DNA of 64,000 nt, from positions 3,021 through 67,020 of IMG/VR virus record IMGVR_UViG_3300042887_001434, one strand, 5' to 3'. A model generated the notes under the pieces. That model saw only the letters and a program-made list of their open reading frames with translations. It made no database searches and had not been told where the DNA came from. Position 1 is the stretch's first letter, and each line of letters starts with the position of its first letter. The translations under genes were made by a program, and so were the position numbers. This DNA is from a virus. This document shows, one piece after another, positions 41,882-51,991 of the stretch.

Positions 41882-42175
41882 ATGAATGAACAAATCATCA
41901 AAGTCATAAACTCAATCACCAAAAAAGTAGATAAAGGCACGGAAGACGTAAAGGAGATGGCAGGGATCATAACCGAAATCATCAACGATAGAGACGAGAA
42001 ATTCGCAGCACTCACCCACGAACTCACAGAAGCCTACCTAGAGATAGAGAAGCTAGAAGAAGAGAATGACATCATGCGATCCGATCTCTCAGTCATCCTC
42101 GACTACATGAAAAAGAATAATATCAATATGACTTATGTGGTAAAATTCCGTGAAAAGGAAAAAGAGGGCCAATAA
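41882..42175 (+). CDS. Coiled-coil hypothetical protein
   Basis: ATG at 41882 within track ORF 41813-42175. Confidence 0.55.
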   Translation: MNEQIIKVINSITKKVDKGTEDVKEMAGIITEIINDRDEKFAALTHELTEAYLEIEKLEEENDIMRSDLSVILDYMKKNNINMTYVVKFREKEKEGQ

Positions 42176-42329
42176 TCTACCAACACTATACCATTTCTCG
42201 CACATCTACCATAGTTTAGTGCGTACATAATTTCCTCGCAAGGCTGAGAAATCTCGGTTAGCAGGGGACAAGGGGGTTGGCTGTGCCCCCAAAAACCACA
42301 GCCCCAATTTTTAAAAACACAAACTTAAC

Positions 42330-42412
42330 TGGCAATTGGCGAAACGGCAGACGCAGGAGACTTAAAATCTCCTATCAGTAATGATGTGCGGGTTCAACTC
42401 CCGCATTGCCAA
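42330..42412 (+). tRNA. tRNA-Leu(TAA)
   Basis: Acceptor TGGCAAT/ATTGCCA, anticodon arm GGAGA-CTTAAAA-TCTCC, long variable arm, T arm GCGGG-TTCAACT-CCCGC; CCA not encoded. Confidence 0.92.
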
Positions 42413-42416
42413 CTTC

Positions 42417-42489
42417 GGGGGTGTAGCTCAATGGTCAGAGCAGTCGGCTCATAACTGATTGGTTGTCGGTTCAAATCCGTCCACCCCCA
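42417..42489 (+). tRNA. tRNA with CAT anticodon, probably Ile2 (lysidine type) rather than Met
   Basis: Acceptor GGGGGTG/CACCCCC, anticodon arm GTCGG-CTCATAA-CTGAT, TTCAAAT T loop; resembles bacterial tRNA-Ile2 and lacks initiator features. Confidence 0.88.
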
Positions 42490-42534
42490 CTTTTCTGAAA
42501 TCAACGACTTACATAGAATCGTGCGTATAGCTTA

Positions 42535-42837
42535 CGATATAGTCAGAGTACATCAGGCGATATAGTCACCTTACATCGTGCGATATAGTCAGAGTATAGC
42601 TAGAGTATAGTCAACGTATACACACTTATACTCGATTCCGTGTATAACAACGTATACACACTAAATTCCCATGCACATCTCGACATGTACCGAGGTATCC
42701 TTCCACTCAGTTATCCCCATATACAGCAAAGTAGCCTCCCACCTACGCAGCTATCCCCTAAACCGCATATTCCCCTCTTATACGCAACTCCGCTTAGTGA
42801 CAAATACTAGGTACTATTTGTCACAAAGTTATCCCCA
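42535..42837. repeat. Iteron-like direct repeats and an inverted repeat
   Basis: CGATATAGTCA at 42535, 42558, 42581; CAACGTATACACACT at 42612 and 42648; TTATCCCCA at 42711 and 42829; GTGACAAATA/TATTTGTCAC at 42797-42824. Confidence 0.8.
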
Positions 42838-42994
42838 CACACACTAACTTCACTACACATTAAGCCACACTTAACCAAAACGTCAAATTATAGGCAGATA
42901 CACATCTTGGCTATGATGTGACGTTAAGGGTATAAAAAGGCTTTACAGGGCATTCTCGTGCGATTGCGGGTATAGTTTAGGGGAGAGAGATATT

Positions 42995-43250
42995 CTTTTT
43001 TATTTTTTATTTTTAATTTTATTTTTTAGGGAATTCTCTCAGGTCCTTTTTTTACGCCCCGTGGCTGGTGCTCGGCCCTCCCCCACCCTCCACCCCTCCC
43101 GTCCCTCCCGCCGTTCCTGCCATGTTACCACCGCCCACCGCCCCACGCCCACGCACACACACAAGGGCAGTCCATCACTCCATCACTCACTCACTCCATC
43201 ACTCCATCACTCACTCACTCGCTCAGCCTGTCAGCCTGTCAGCCTGTCAC
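42995..43250. repeat. T-tract, C-run block and short tandem repeats (putative genome terminus)
   Basis: T-rich 42995-43028, many C3-C5 runs 43076-43150, TCCATCAC/TCAC repeats, GCCTGTCA x3. Confidence 0.7.
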
Positions 43251-43704
43251 GTTATTATTGCAAGCTACTTGCATGGATCTTTGTAATCCATTGTCAATCA
43301 ATAGCTTGCATCAATAACATCTCATAATACAGATAATGCATAGGGAAAATCCTTTGCGCTATAAAGCCCGTGTGATGGTTTTATTTTCTTGGCAATGTAT
43401 CCACACCCGACACAATCAAAAGCCTTGCCATTGGCAACGTGACGCAATACCTAGCCAATCGTTTTATTGCAAGCAACTTGCAAGAATATGGGGAGGGTTT
43501 TCTTGTGTGGCCATTGGCTCATTTGCTGTATACAGCGAGACTAGGAAAATTGATGCAAGCTATTTGCAATAAGATTCCCTAGTTTTACTTCCTAGTGAAA
43601 TAATCCTTCCCAAGTGAAATCAAACCCTTCCCCTAGTCTGTCCCTAGTTCCTCCCATATTCTCCCTCTATTTTCCCATCTAATCCATTGAAAACCCTTTT
43701 AATC

Positions 43705-43721
43705 TTGGCATGGCAAATGCT
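43705..43721 (+). promoter_or_regulatory. Sigma54-type promoter 1
   Basis: TTGGCATGGCAAATGCT, GG-N10-GC. Confidence 0.7.
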
Positions 43722-43870
43722 ATGCAATCCCGCAATTCACTTGAATTGATTCACTTACAAAGAATACCTCCAATCTTGCTAGGCAAATCCTGCCAATAGG
43801 CAAATTGTGTCTTTTTGCATAAGTGTCTTATATTTAAAGTGATGCCTGTTTTCACTAGGTAAATCCTGCC

Positions 43871-43887
43871 ATGGCACAGATAATGCT
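43871..43887 (+). promoter_or_regulatory. Sigma54-type promoter 2
   Basis: ATGGCACAGATAATGCT, GG-N10-GC. Confidence 0.7.
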
Positions 43888-43924
43888 ATGCACTTTTCAT
43901 TGTGTTTTTACCCTCTTGGAATAG

Positions 43925-43941
43925 TTGGCACACGTCTTGCT
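43925..43941 (+). promoter_or_regulatory. Sigma54-type promoter 3
   Basis: TTGGCACACGTCTTGCT matches TGGCAC-N5-TTGCT exactly, about 35 nt before the first early gene. Confidence 0.8.
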
Positions 43942-43975
43942 TAGTATTATATGAGGCCAAGCCTCACACAATAAC

Positions 43976-44656
43976 ATGAAACTACTATCAATAGACACTA
44001 ATACTAAAACAATCAAAGGACAAGCCTTTGGATACATGACGGGAATCCTTTATCTAGCTCCCGCTGATTATTCGGGGCGAAATGTCTGTGTTCATTCCTC
44101 CGCTGGATGCCGTCTTGCATGTTTATTCTCGGCTGGACGTGGCGCATTTGCAAATGTGATATCAGCTAGACTCCGCAAGACCCTTTCATTCTTCAAAGAT
44201 AAGGACGGATTCTTGAATGATATTCGTACCGATATTAAAGCCTTGATAAAGAAATCAGCTAAGGCGGGAATGAAGCCTTGTGTGCGGCTGAATGGAACAA
44301 GCGATATCCCATGGCATAATTTCGGCATCATGGAAGAATTCCCAGACGTTGCTTTTTATGACTATACTCCGCATAAGCAAAGAATGCTTGATTTTCTTGA
44401 TGGAAAGCTTCCCGCAAATTATTCACTCACATTTTCCCGCAAAGAAGATAATTCCCAAGCTTGCGAAGAAATCATCCAAAAAGGAGGCAATGTTGCCGTA
44501 GTGTTTAAAACGATTCCCAAGACATGGGAGGGGAAAGAGTGTTTTTCTGGTGATGATTCTGACCTGAGATTTCTTGATCCGAAAAACGTGATCGTAGCTT
44601 TGAAAGCTAAGGGGAAAGCTAAAAAAGACACTAGCGGATTTGTAGTCCAGGCGTGA
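43976..44656 (+). CDS. Gp88-like protein (radical-SAM-like Cys cluster)
   Basis: NVCVHSSAGCRLACL, VRLNGTSDIPW, FYDYT, YSLTFS, GDDSDLRFLD. Confidence 0.75.
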   Translation: MKLLSIDTNTKTIKGQAFGYMTGILYLAPADYSGRNVCVHSSAGCRLACLFSAGRGAFANVISARLRKTLSFFKDKDGFLNDIRTDIKALIKKSAKAGMKPCVRLNGTSDIPWHNFGIMEEFPDVAFYDYTPHKQRMLDFLDGKLPANYSLTFSRKEDNSQACEEIIQKGGNVAVVFKTIPKTWEGKECFSGDDSDLRFLDPKNVIVALKAKGKAKKDTSGFVVQA

Positions 44657-44741
44657 TTAGATTCCCTCCCCTTTCCATGAGAGGGGAGTAATCTGACCAT
44701 ACATGGCAGAAAACAACACACAATAAAACACACAATAAAAC

Positions 44742-44975
44742 ATGAGAACAATATCACAAATCGCAAGGGAAATTCGTGCCGATTGGACAAAGGTTAACTT
44801 TGCAGCCAAACCCTACCTCGCCGAAATGCTACACCTCAACACACTAGATGACGCTTGCGGACATGACAGCGCGAAAAGCATAGTGCTATACTTCTTAGCT
44901 AATGCATCAACATATCGGGGTGAAAAGGCTAAGGCTTTAAAGCTCGAGCTGAAAACACTTTGCAACATCAAATGA
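44742..44975 (+). CDS. Small early phage protein
   Basis: IAREIRADW..VNFAAKPYL..M...SIVLYFLANA...RGE.AK..K.ELK. Confidence 0.7.
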   Translation: MRTISQIAREIRADWTKVNFAAKPYLAEMLHLNTLDDACGHDSAKSIVLYFLANASTYRGEKAKALKLELKTLCNIK

Positions 44976-46112
44976 CAACATCACCATACCTCGAAATCAT
45001 CAGGCTAATGCCTCCAGTAATTAAAATCGAAAAGCGATTTTTCCCGCTTCGATGGGTACTTTTCATCGATCATCAGTGGGAAGGAACCTTCCCAACTAAA
45101 AAAATGGCAATAAAACACACTCAGAACACACTAAAAAAATGAACACACTTGTCATTGAAACACCAGATCAGCAAAAATATTGGCGCATCCTTCAGCTACG
45201 CTCCGCACTACGTCTTGAATGTGCGGGAATGAAACACTCAAGTGGGCGTTCTGTTTGCCCTATTGTTAAACAAGAATTCAAATTCAAAGGATCAAAGCAA
45301 TCCGTTTTAGATCAGCTTTGTAAACACATCGAAAATATCAAAGCTTCAAACTATCAAACACTATGAAACACAAAATCGGAAAATTCACTCTTGAGCTTTC
45401 GCATGATGGTGAAACCATTTACGGAGACATAGAATGCGGAGAATTCACTGCATCACTATGCCATGCCGAGGATACTGGCTCGCTATACAATGACGACGAC
45501 ACAAAACGACTTCCTGTCCCACGATCCGTTCTGGATAAATGCTGGAAATTTGAACAAGAATTCTTTGAAAGATTAACGAAATCAACACTATGAAACGCAA
45601 AACACAAAACAAAACAGGAATATTTCAATATTCGCAAGGGACACTTGAACAAAGGTATGAAAATTACCTCACCCTCTCAGATGATGGCAATGGCAACGAC
45701 AAAAACACGGGAAAACCCCTAAAAAGCTTTGATGAGTGGCTTAACTCTTAACTATGAAAACACAATGCATCTGCGAAGAGGGCATTTGGCGTGACAATTG
45801 CGCCTTATGCGAAGGCACAGGGTACAAAATCGACTTTGAAGCAATCAGAAAACGAAACACTATGAAAATCACAATCCGCACAAAATATATTCCAGCCACA
45901 GACACAAAGGGCGCGAAAATCATCGCCACAGGCATGGGAAAACAGAAATCAATCCCCTATCCTTACGAACTTTCAGGCGAAGCTGTCCACATTAAAGCGG
46001 CACAAGCTTGGGTGGATTTTCACTTGTCACGACAAGGTTGGTCTGACCCTTCGCATATCAAAATCGAAACACTCTACACCCCTAAGGGCTACGTTCACAC
46101 AATAAAATGAAC

Positions 46113-46129
46113 TTGGCATGATAGATGCT
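46113..46129 (+). promoter_or_regulatory. Sigma54-type promoter 4
   Basis: TTGGCATGATAGATGCT, intergenic, upstream of ATG 46177. Confidence 0.7.
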
Positions 46130-46335
46130 ACGTAAAACACGCAGGAACACATAAACACAAACACAAACACAAACACATGAGAACACGCATTTTAAATGAT
46201 CCAGAATACGCATATTTGACATGGTTTAATGATTTTTTGACAATCAAACGCTTTGCAGAATATTTTCAACTTGAAATAACACACGCAAAAACACTCATCC
46301 AAGCAGGCAGGGAATTAAACCACGCAAAATAAAAC

Positions 46336-46352
46336 TTGGCACACTTAATGCT
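46336..46352 (+). promoter_or_regulatory. Sigma54-type promoter 5
   Basis: TTGGCACACTTAATGCT, intergenic, upstream of ATG 46397. Confidence 0.72.
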
Positions 46353-47915
46353 GAGTAATAATCGCAGTAAACCACACAAAATAGAACACACACAAAATGA
46401 ACACACAAAAAGCAGTCCTTGAATTAGTTAAACTCCTCTCACAAGCAATCGACGTGATCCGCGAATACAATGGAGAAAATGATGCCGATTACCTCGAAAA
46501 AGAGATGCAAACCATTATCGATTCAATCAAAAAATAGAACACACTTATGACAAAAGCAAATGAATTGGCAATCCTCACCGATTGCGTCCAAAAATTAGGC
46601 TCAGACAGCTATTGCGGTGAATGGCTCAAATCTGTCCTGCCAGAAGTCGAATGGCTCATGCGAACCGATATGATTCCAACCCTTACAATCGCCGAAACAC
46701 GCTCACAATGTGATGCCATGCGGAAAGAAGCTGTCCAACATTGTGACAAAATCACTTACAAAGCTGTCGCAGATGCCGACAAAATTGTGAATGACGCATA
46801 TGCGAAAGCAAACGGAATTAGAATGATGCTCAAGCGCGATATTCAAAAAGCATTGGAAATTGTTTAACAATAACACACAACATAAAACACACTATGAAAA
46901 CTAACAATCAAAACGACACTTGCAAAATGGCTGTCCATTTTTGGGGAAAACAAAATAAAAAGTAAAACATTATGAACATATTAAAGCCAATACTCAAGAA
47001 TCTATTGTATCAAACAGAACAAATGCAAGGGCTTTTCAATGATGAGGATGGAACGATACAGGAAGCTATAAATGAAGCACAGGAAGCTATAGATGAATTA
47101 GATGAATTAGAACGCAAAACACAAAACAAAACATATGTTTGCTCACATTGCAAATCGGAAAACATTTGGTTCGATTCGATTATGGCATGGAATAAAGAAA
47201 AGCAGAAGTTCCAACTAGAAGATTTAGGAAAAGCATTTTGCAACGATTGCCAAGGCGTAACAACAGACGAGGAAATAACACAATGAAAACCATGAAAAAT
47301 AAACACGATTACCATACCTTCCCAACACCTGAAGGTATCTACGTATCAATTCACCAAGAGGACGAGCTTCGGCAAGACTTCGGGCCATTCACAAGCCAAC
47401 GTAATGCAAACAATGCCGCCCACAACGAATGGACACGTCAACTAGGAGAGTCTATGAAAAATAGACTTTCTAAAATGGGATTTTCGGATGATTTCCTAAA
47501 AAATAATTTAATCGTAATGTAATATATGAAACACGATAAACGTAACACAATATTATTCAACATTGCAGGGTTAACGCTCATAAAATTGAGCTTTGAGGAT
47601 CATGGCAAGGTTTATAAATACATCGTCGATGATGTGTCAAAGTATGGAGAAATTAAAGGCGCAGACAGGGAGTATTTTTTAACTGAATATTATGAAGACC
47701 AGATGGCAGAACACTTTGGACTAAATTGGGTTGATTTAATCTCAGTAATCCTTGTGGAGTTAAACTTAGCAGGAAAATACACAAAAAAATGAAAACAAAC
47801 AAATTAAAACAAATCGAAGAGAAAATTGATAGGGAATACAAGATCATCCGCTACGCCTTGCTATTTCTCAACACAAACATGGCAGATTCCGTAGCAAAAG
47901 ACATATCAAAACTCA

Positions 47916-47932
47916 TTGGCACGATAGATGCT
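47916..47932 (+). promoter_or_regulatory. Sigma54-type promoter 6
   Basis: TTGGCACGATAGATGCT, inside the end of one ORF, upstream of ATG 47979. Confidence 0.65.
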
Positions 47933-49930
47933 ACGAAACTAGAGCAGGAAATCGACGAAATCATCAAACACTATTAACATGAACACACTAGAAATATATC
48001 CAAATCCTTTCTTTAATAAAGAAAAAGAAATGTTTAGTCACTATGAAATAATGTCTTGTGCCGATTACAAAGATGCAAATGGAAACACATTTACAGAACC
48101 ATTTATGTCAGACAGCAATAAAGAAAACATAATTGGATCAGTTTTTTATACAATATATGGAAGACAAAAAGATCATGGAGCAGAATGCATTGGTGATTTT
48201 GTTACCTTGGATGATGCAAGAGACATTCTAAAAAAAATGGGAGTAATTTAATGAAAATGAAATACAAAATCCAAATGGTAAATGCCCTCAACCAATGGGG
48301 CGACATGAAAGAGAGTGAAGGAGGAGATTACGAAACGCTCTTGTTTGACTCCAAGCAAGATGCAAGAGACGAAATCAACGATATGTGCGAGGAGCTATCA
48401 GAAGGAACCTCCTCATATCGAGTGGTCAGAGAAGACAAGAAACAAGACGTAGACTATTACAATTAACACACTTACAACAATATGAACACACACAAAATAA
48501 CAATAGAACAAACACGCTTAGTTGAAGTATCAGTAAAAGCGGATACATTGGAAGAAGCTGAGTCCCTTGCAATGGATTCCATTCCTCATGTATTCCAACC
48601 AGAGATCAATTCAAATATGCAATATGTATATGGAACCGCACAGATATTGCCTTCACAATCAGAATTCGATGTGGACAAGACGTTCACCTCGGTAGATGGA
48701 GCAATCTCCTACATAAAATCTCAGCGAGATCCATTCGATTGCCTGTTCAGATACATAAAACATCAAAGCTATTGGGGAGAATTAAAACTAGCCTCAGAGA
48801 TACTTGCATCAGCCACAGATATTATCGAAGCACAGGAAGGATTTGGATACTAATATGAACACACAACAAAACTGGCAATGTGATGGACAGAAATTCATCT
48901 ACGATGCCAACGACACGCAAGCGACTTCAGACATTTGCGAAATGGTAGGTCTGGATGACGATACACGAAGAAAAAATGCACGACTAATATGTGCCGCTCC
49001 AGCAATGATGGAAGCATTAAGATATGTCATCGACAATGTAGATAACGAAGACGTAGTTGAAAAGTGCGTTGCCGCATTTATGAAAGCACAAGGTTTAAAG
49101 ATGGAAGGAAATATAGTCAAAGCATTATGAATAACGAGATTACACATATGTTAATTAGGGTATTTTTCTTCATACATGAGACAATAGTTTCATGCGTAGG
49201 CATTGGGATAAGCATGCAATGCAACCAACCAATGTCCTATGTGTGCCAACTTAACTTTGAACACCTAGCACGATGATAAAACTGCGATTACCAACCCGAT
49301 CTGGTCACAAGCTAGACGTGGAGTTTTACGAAGATGGAACTATGGTAGCCAACGGAGGCGTAGAGATGACAGCTTCCGTTTTAAAGCCAAAGCTGACACG
49401 CTTTGCATGGAGTTTAATTCTGTGCCACCGCAAGGAGGACGCAGGAGTTAAAGCAGCAGCAGAAAAACTACTAACAGCATACTAATGAAAACACATAACA
49501 AAACATACGCACGAAACTACGAAGGGGATCGTCCCTTGTGGACACCAGCAGTCTATTTCAGACTTGCTACAACTAAAAAACACACGACATTATGGGATAA
49601 GATAATATCTTTTTTATTATGAAAATGTTCCAACTAAACAGCACAAAACCAGCAACTAAGAATCAGTTACAACTTCTTGCTTTACTAAAAAGTAAATACA
49701 ACATTCCAGTTGGAGACATCTGGAAACTCACAATGAAGCAAGCATATATGCAAATAATGGAACTATACACATTCAAACTAAACTAATATGCCATACGAAG
49801 AAGAGTACGACTACGGAAAATACGATGATGAAATGCGGGAACAACGAGAGGAGGAACACAATTACAGGTGCGCTAGGCGAGACATGGACCAAGGAATAGA
49901 ACCTGATTGCGAATATTAAAAACCCAACTT

Positions 49931-49963
49931 AAAGGCGGCATGAGAAATCATGCTCCCTTTTTT
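49931..49963 (+). terminator. Terminator at the convergence of the early and minus-strand operons
   Basis: GCATGA-GAAA-TCATGC hairpin followed by CCC and a T run. Confidence 0.7.
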
Positions 49964-49964
49964 A

Positions 49965-50507
49965 TTACTCGCATGAGTATATAGTATCATGCAGTTTTAG
50001 TTTTGGAAGATTGCTATTGGTAAATGACAAGTCAATGAATGCAACCCTGTTGGTTGGCTGAATGGTTAGCCTTCCATTCGACAACTGGATAAATATAAAC
50101 TCTTTATCTTGCTCTGGAGAGTCTGACCAACCATCTTGCAAATGAGTTGTGGAAAACAAATACGTTCCAGAAAATATCTTGTCTTTAATCTTTGTCGTAA
50201 CTGGTAGTCCAGCAAGGATTGGGTTTTGTAAAACCGCAAAGTTATATGAATAGCAATTCCATAGTTGCGAATCTTGAACATTCCAGTTAATCGAATCCTT
50301 TTGAAACCTAATTGCATGAGGTGGCACGTTACGATACAATGCTCCTCCATCCCTCAAGATCACATTGATTCCCCACACTCTCGATGGTATCGATGTCAAA
50401 CCAACCCACATTGCCTCTACTGGGCCTATTGGATTTTCGTGGGTGTATTGGCTATCAACCCATATGTATCGGTGGGTTTGTAATGCACCGATTTTTGTGT
50501 ATTTCAT
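49965..50507 (-). CDS. Hypothetical protein
   Basis: 180 aa, GALYRNVPPHA...QLWNCYS...IQPTNR; overlaps the terS stop. Confidence 0.7.
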   Translation of the reverse strand: MKYTKIGALQTHRYIWVDSQYTHENPIGPVEAMWVGLTSIPSRVWGINVILRDGGALYRNVPPHAIRFQKDSINWNVQDSQLWNCYSYNFAVLQNPILAGLPVTTKIKDKIFSGTYLFSTTHLQDGWSDSPEQDKEFIFIQLSNGRLTIQPTNRVAFIDLSFTNSNLPKLKLHDTIYSCE

Positions 50508-51004
50508 TGCTCTAAGAGGTTTTGTTTCGGAGAATCAATGGTCAACCTATCGTCGATAAGTTGGATTAGAACTTGATTCTTGTCATCAGATTCACGCAAC
50601 TCCCCTGCAATCTTTGCATCTAGCTCGATAGCTTTGAGCTTATCGGAAATCTTTGGCCCCTGTATGCTCCTGTTACCTTCTCCATCAATGGTGATGGATG
50701 CAAACTGACTCTCTTCTGTTACTTCATTTGGCTTTACCCTTGCCAAATCAGCAAGCATCGAACGCTTTTCTGCTATTGTTAAAACATTCTGAACCCACTC
50801 AGACTCACGTAGATGTTTGATATATTCCTTAACGTGAGGACGTTGCTCAATTTTAGCACCTCGTATTGACGCATATTTATTTTCAATCTGCGTGTACCCT
50901 GCCTTTAAGTAGGATTGAGATAAAGACATACCACGCACTCGATTAAGTGCGTAGTTCTTCTGCTTCTCCGTTAAATCCTCGTAGGTTTTTCTATGCGCTG
51001 CCAT
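50504..51004 (-). CDS. terS: Terminase small subunit
   Basis: LTEKQKNYA...SQSYLKAGY HTH, P.VKEYI..L, DKLKAIEL..KIAG. Confidence 0.8.
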   Translation of the reverse strand: MAAHRKTYEDLTEKQKNYALNRVRGMSLSQSYLKAGYTQIENKYASIRGAKIEQRPHVKEYIKHLRESEWVQNVLTIAEKRSMLADLARVKPNEVTEESQFASITIDGEGNRSIQGPKISDKLKAIELDAKIAGELRESDDKNQVLIQLIDDRLTIDSPKQNLLEQ

Positions 51005-51977
51005 TTTTTTCGATCATTTTATTTAGAATATCCTGTGTCTTATCGCTTAACTCATGGAAAATCTCACGCAGTTTTCCAAGGAAAAACTCACGATCAATCT
51101 CACTCGCTTCAGCGGACAAGCAATGTTTGATGGCGAGGATCAAGAGTTGCTCTGAACCTCCGAAATGTTTAGTCCACTTATCACTTTTAACAACCTTACC
51201 TAGTGGCTCCTGACCTTTGATCATTTTAACGTGACTACGGGCCTCGGCGCATGACCACTTCTCAGCCCTTGCTTGTTGGACCAACTCTAAAACTTGCTTG
51301 TTGTTTTCGATTTCATTGTCAGAAAATTTAGCAGTTGCAATTTCAATAGCTACAGTTGGAGAAATCTCATGCCGAAGATGAATCGGGATTCTTTGTGCGG
51401 CACGATGCCAATTAGAAACGTGCGAGTAGGACAACTTTAGACTAGCCGCAATCTGTGCCAATACATTCTCATGCCCCATTGCCATAAGGTGACGGATACC
51501 ATCGCCAGCAAGCCACATTCCCTTGCTAGACATATCAACTCCCATACCGATAGCACCAGCATAATCCTCTGGCGTTGGTATGACCCCTGCCTTTGGCTTA
51601 AACTGCGTCATGTGAGGACCGAAGTCATACCTCTCAGCCAACTTGGAGTAACCATTATCTAAGCGAGTATCAATGGCAGCATCTAAGATTGACTGATCTG
51701 AACCCACCTCAAATTCTGGCTTGCAGATCGCAACAGGCAACTCATCCACATTTCCATCCGTAAATTCGATAATGTGACACGCTTCCTCTAACAAAGCGTA
51801 GTGATTTGTAGGAGAGTCCTCTTCGATCTCATCCTCTTTCTCGCAAACTTTGATTAGAGTTAGTGCAGTTTTAACGTCTGTTTTATGTTTGGCTGCAAGC
51901 ATTTCTGCAAATTGCATCCTGTCCATCATGCCACTTGGCGTTTTAAATTGACCACGTAGTTTATGTTCTGTTTTCAT
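50991..51977 (-). CDS. Hypothetical protein with possible HTH
   Basis: 328 aa; W..GD...QIAASLKLSYSHVSNW..AA; sigma54 motif upstream. Confidence 0.65.
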   Translation of the reverse strand: MKTEHKLRGQFKTPSGMMDRMQFAEMLAAKHKTDVKTALTLIKVCEKEDEIEEDSPTNHYALLEEACHIIEFTDGNVDELPVAICKPEFEVGSDQSILDAAIDTRLDNGYSKLAERYDFGPHMTQFKPKAGVIPTPEDYAGAIGMGVDMSSKGMWLAGDGIRHLMAMGHENVLAQIAASLKLSYSHVSNWHRAAQRIPIHLRHEISPTVAIEIATAKFSDNEIENNKQVLELVQQARAEKWSCAEARSHVKMIKGQEPLGKVVKSDKWTKHFGGSEQLLILAIKHCLSAEASEIDREFFLGKLREIFHELSDKTQDILNKMIEKNGSA

Positions 51978-51991
51978 TCGGAGATTTACAT

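Larger units (their letters stand above)
44972..49917 (+). other. Early region: run of about 25 small, closely packed hypothetical ORFs
   Basis: Includes 45139-45366, 45363-45593, 45754-46110, 46177-46332, 46397-46537, 46547-46867, 46972-47286, 47526-47792, 47789-47977, 47979-48251, 48251-48466, 48482-48853, 48804-49130, 49273-49485; all plus strand with A/C-rich leaders and ATGA overlaps. Confidence 0.75.

Noticed and set aside
42272-42303. preQ1-I riboswitch linking to the TGT-like domain
   Set aside because: Only the general pseudoknot shape matches; the loop and tail consensus is not met and it precedes tRNAs, not a coding gene. Kept only as an unassigned pseudoknot
42330-42520. tRNA as prophage attachment site / window being an integrated prophage
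   Set aside because: No integrase, no duplicated tRNA 3' end and no host genes on either side
42535-43250. CRISPR array
   Set aside because: Repeats are 8-15 bp with short or irregular spacing, no unique 30-40 bp spacers; the PD-(D/E)XK nuclease sits beside erf and is better explained as a recombination exonuclease
43061-43572. ORFs 43061-43327, 43068-43286 and 43336-43572
   Set aside because: Translations of low-complexity repeats and regulatory DNA, unlike the real early genes in composition and leader
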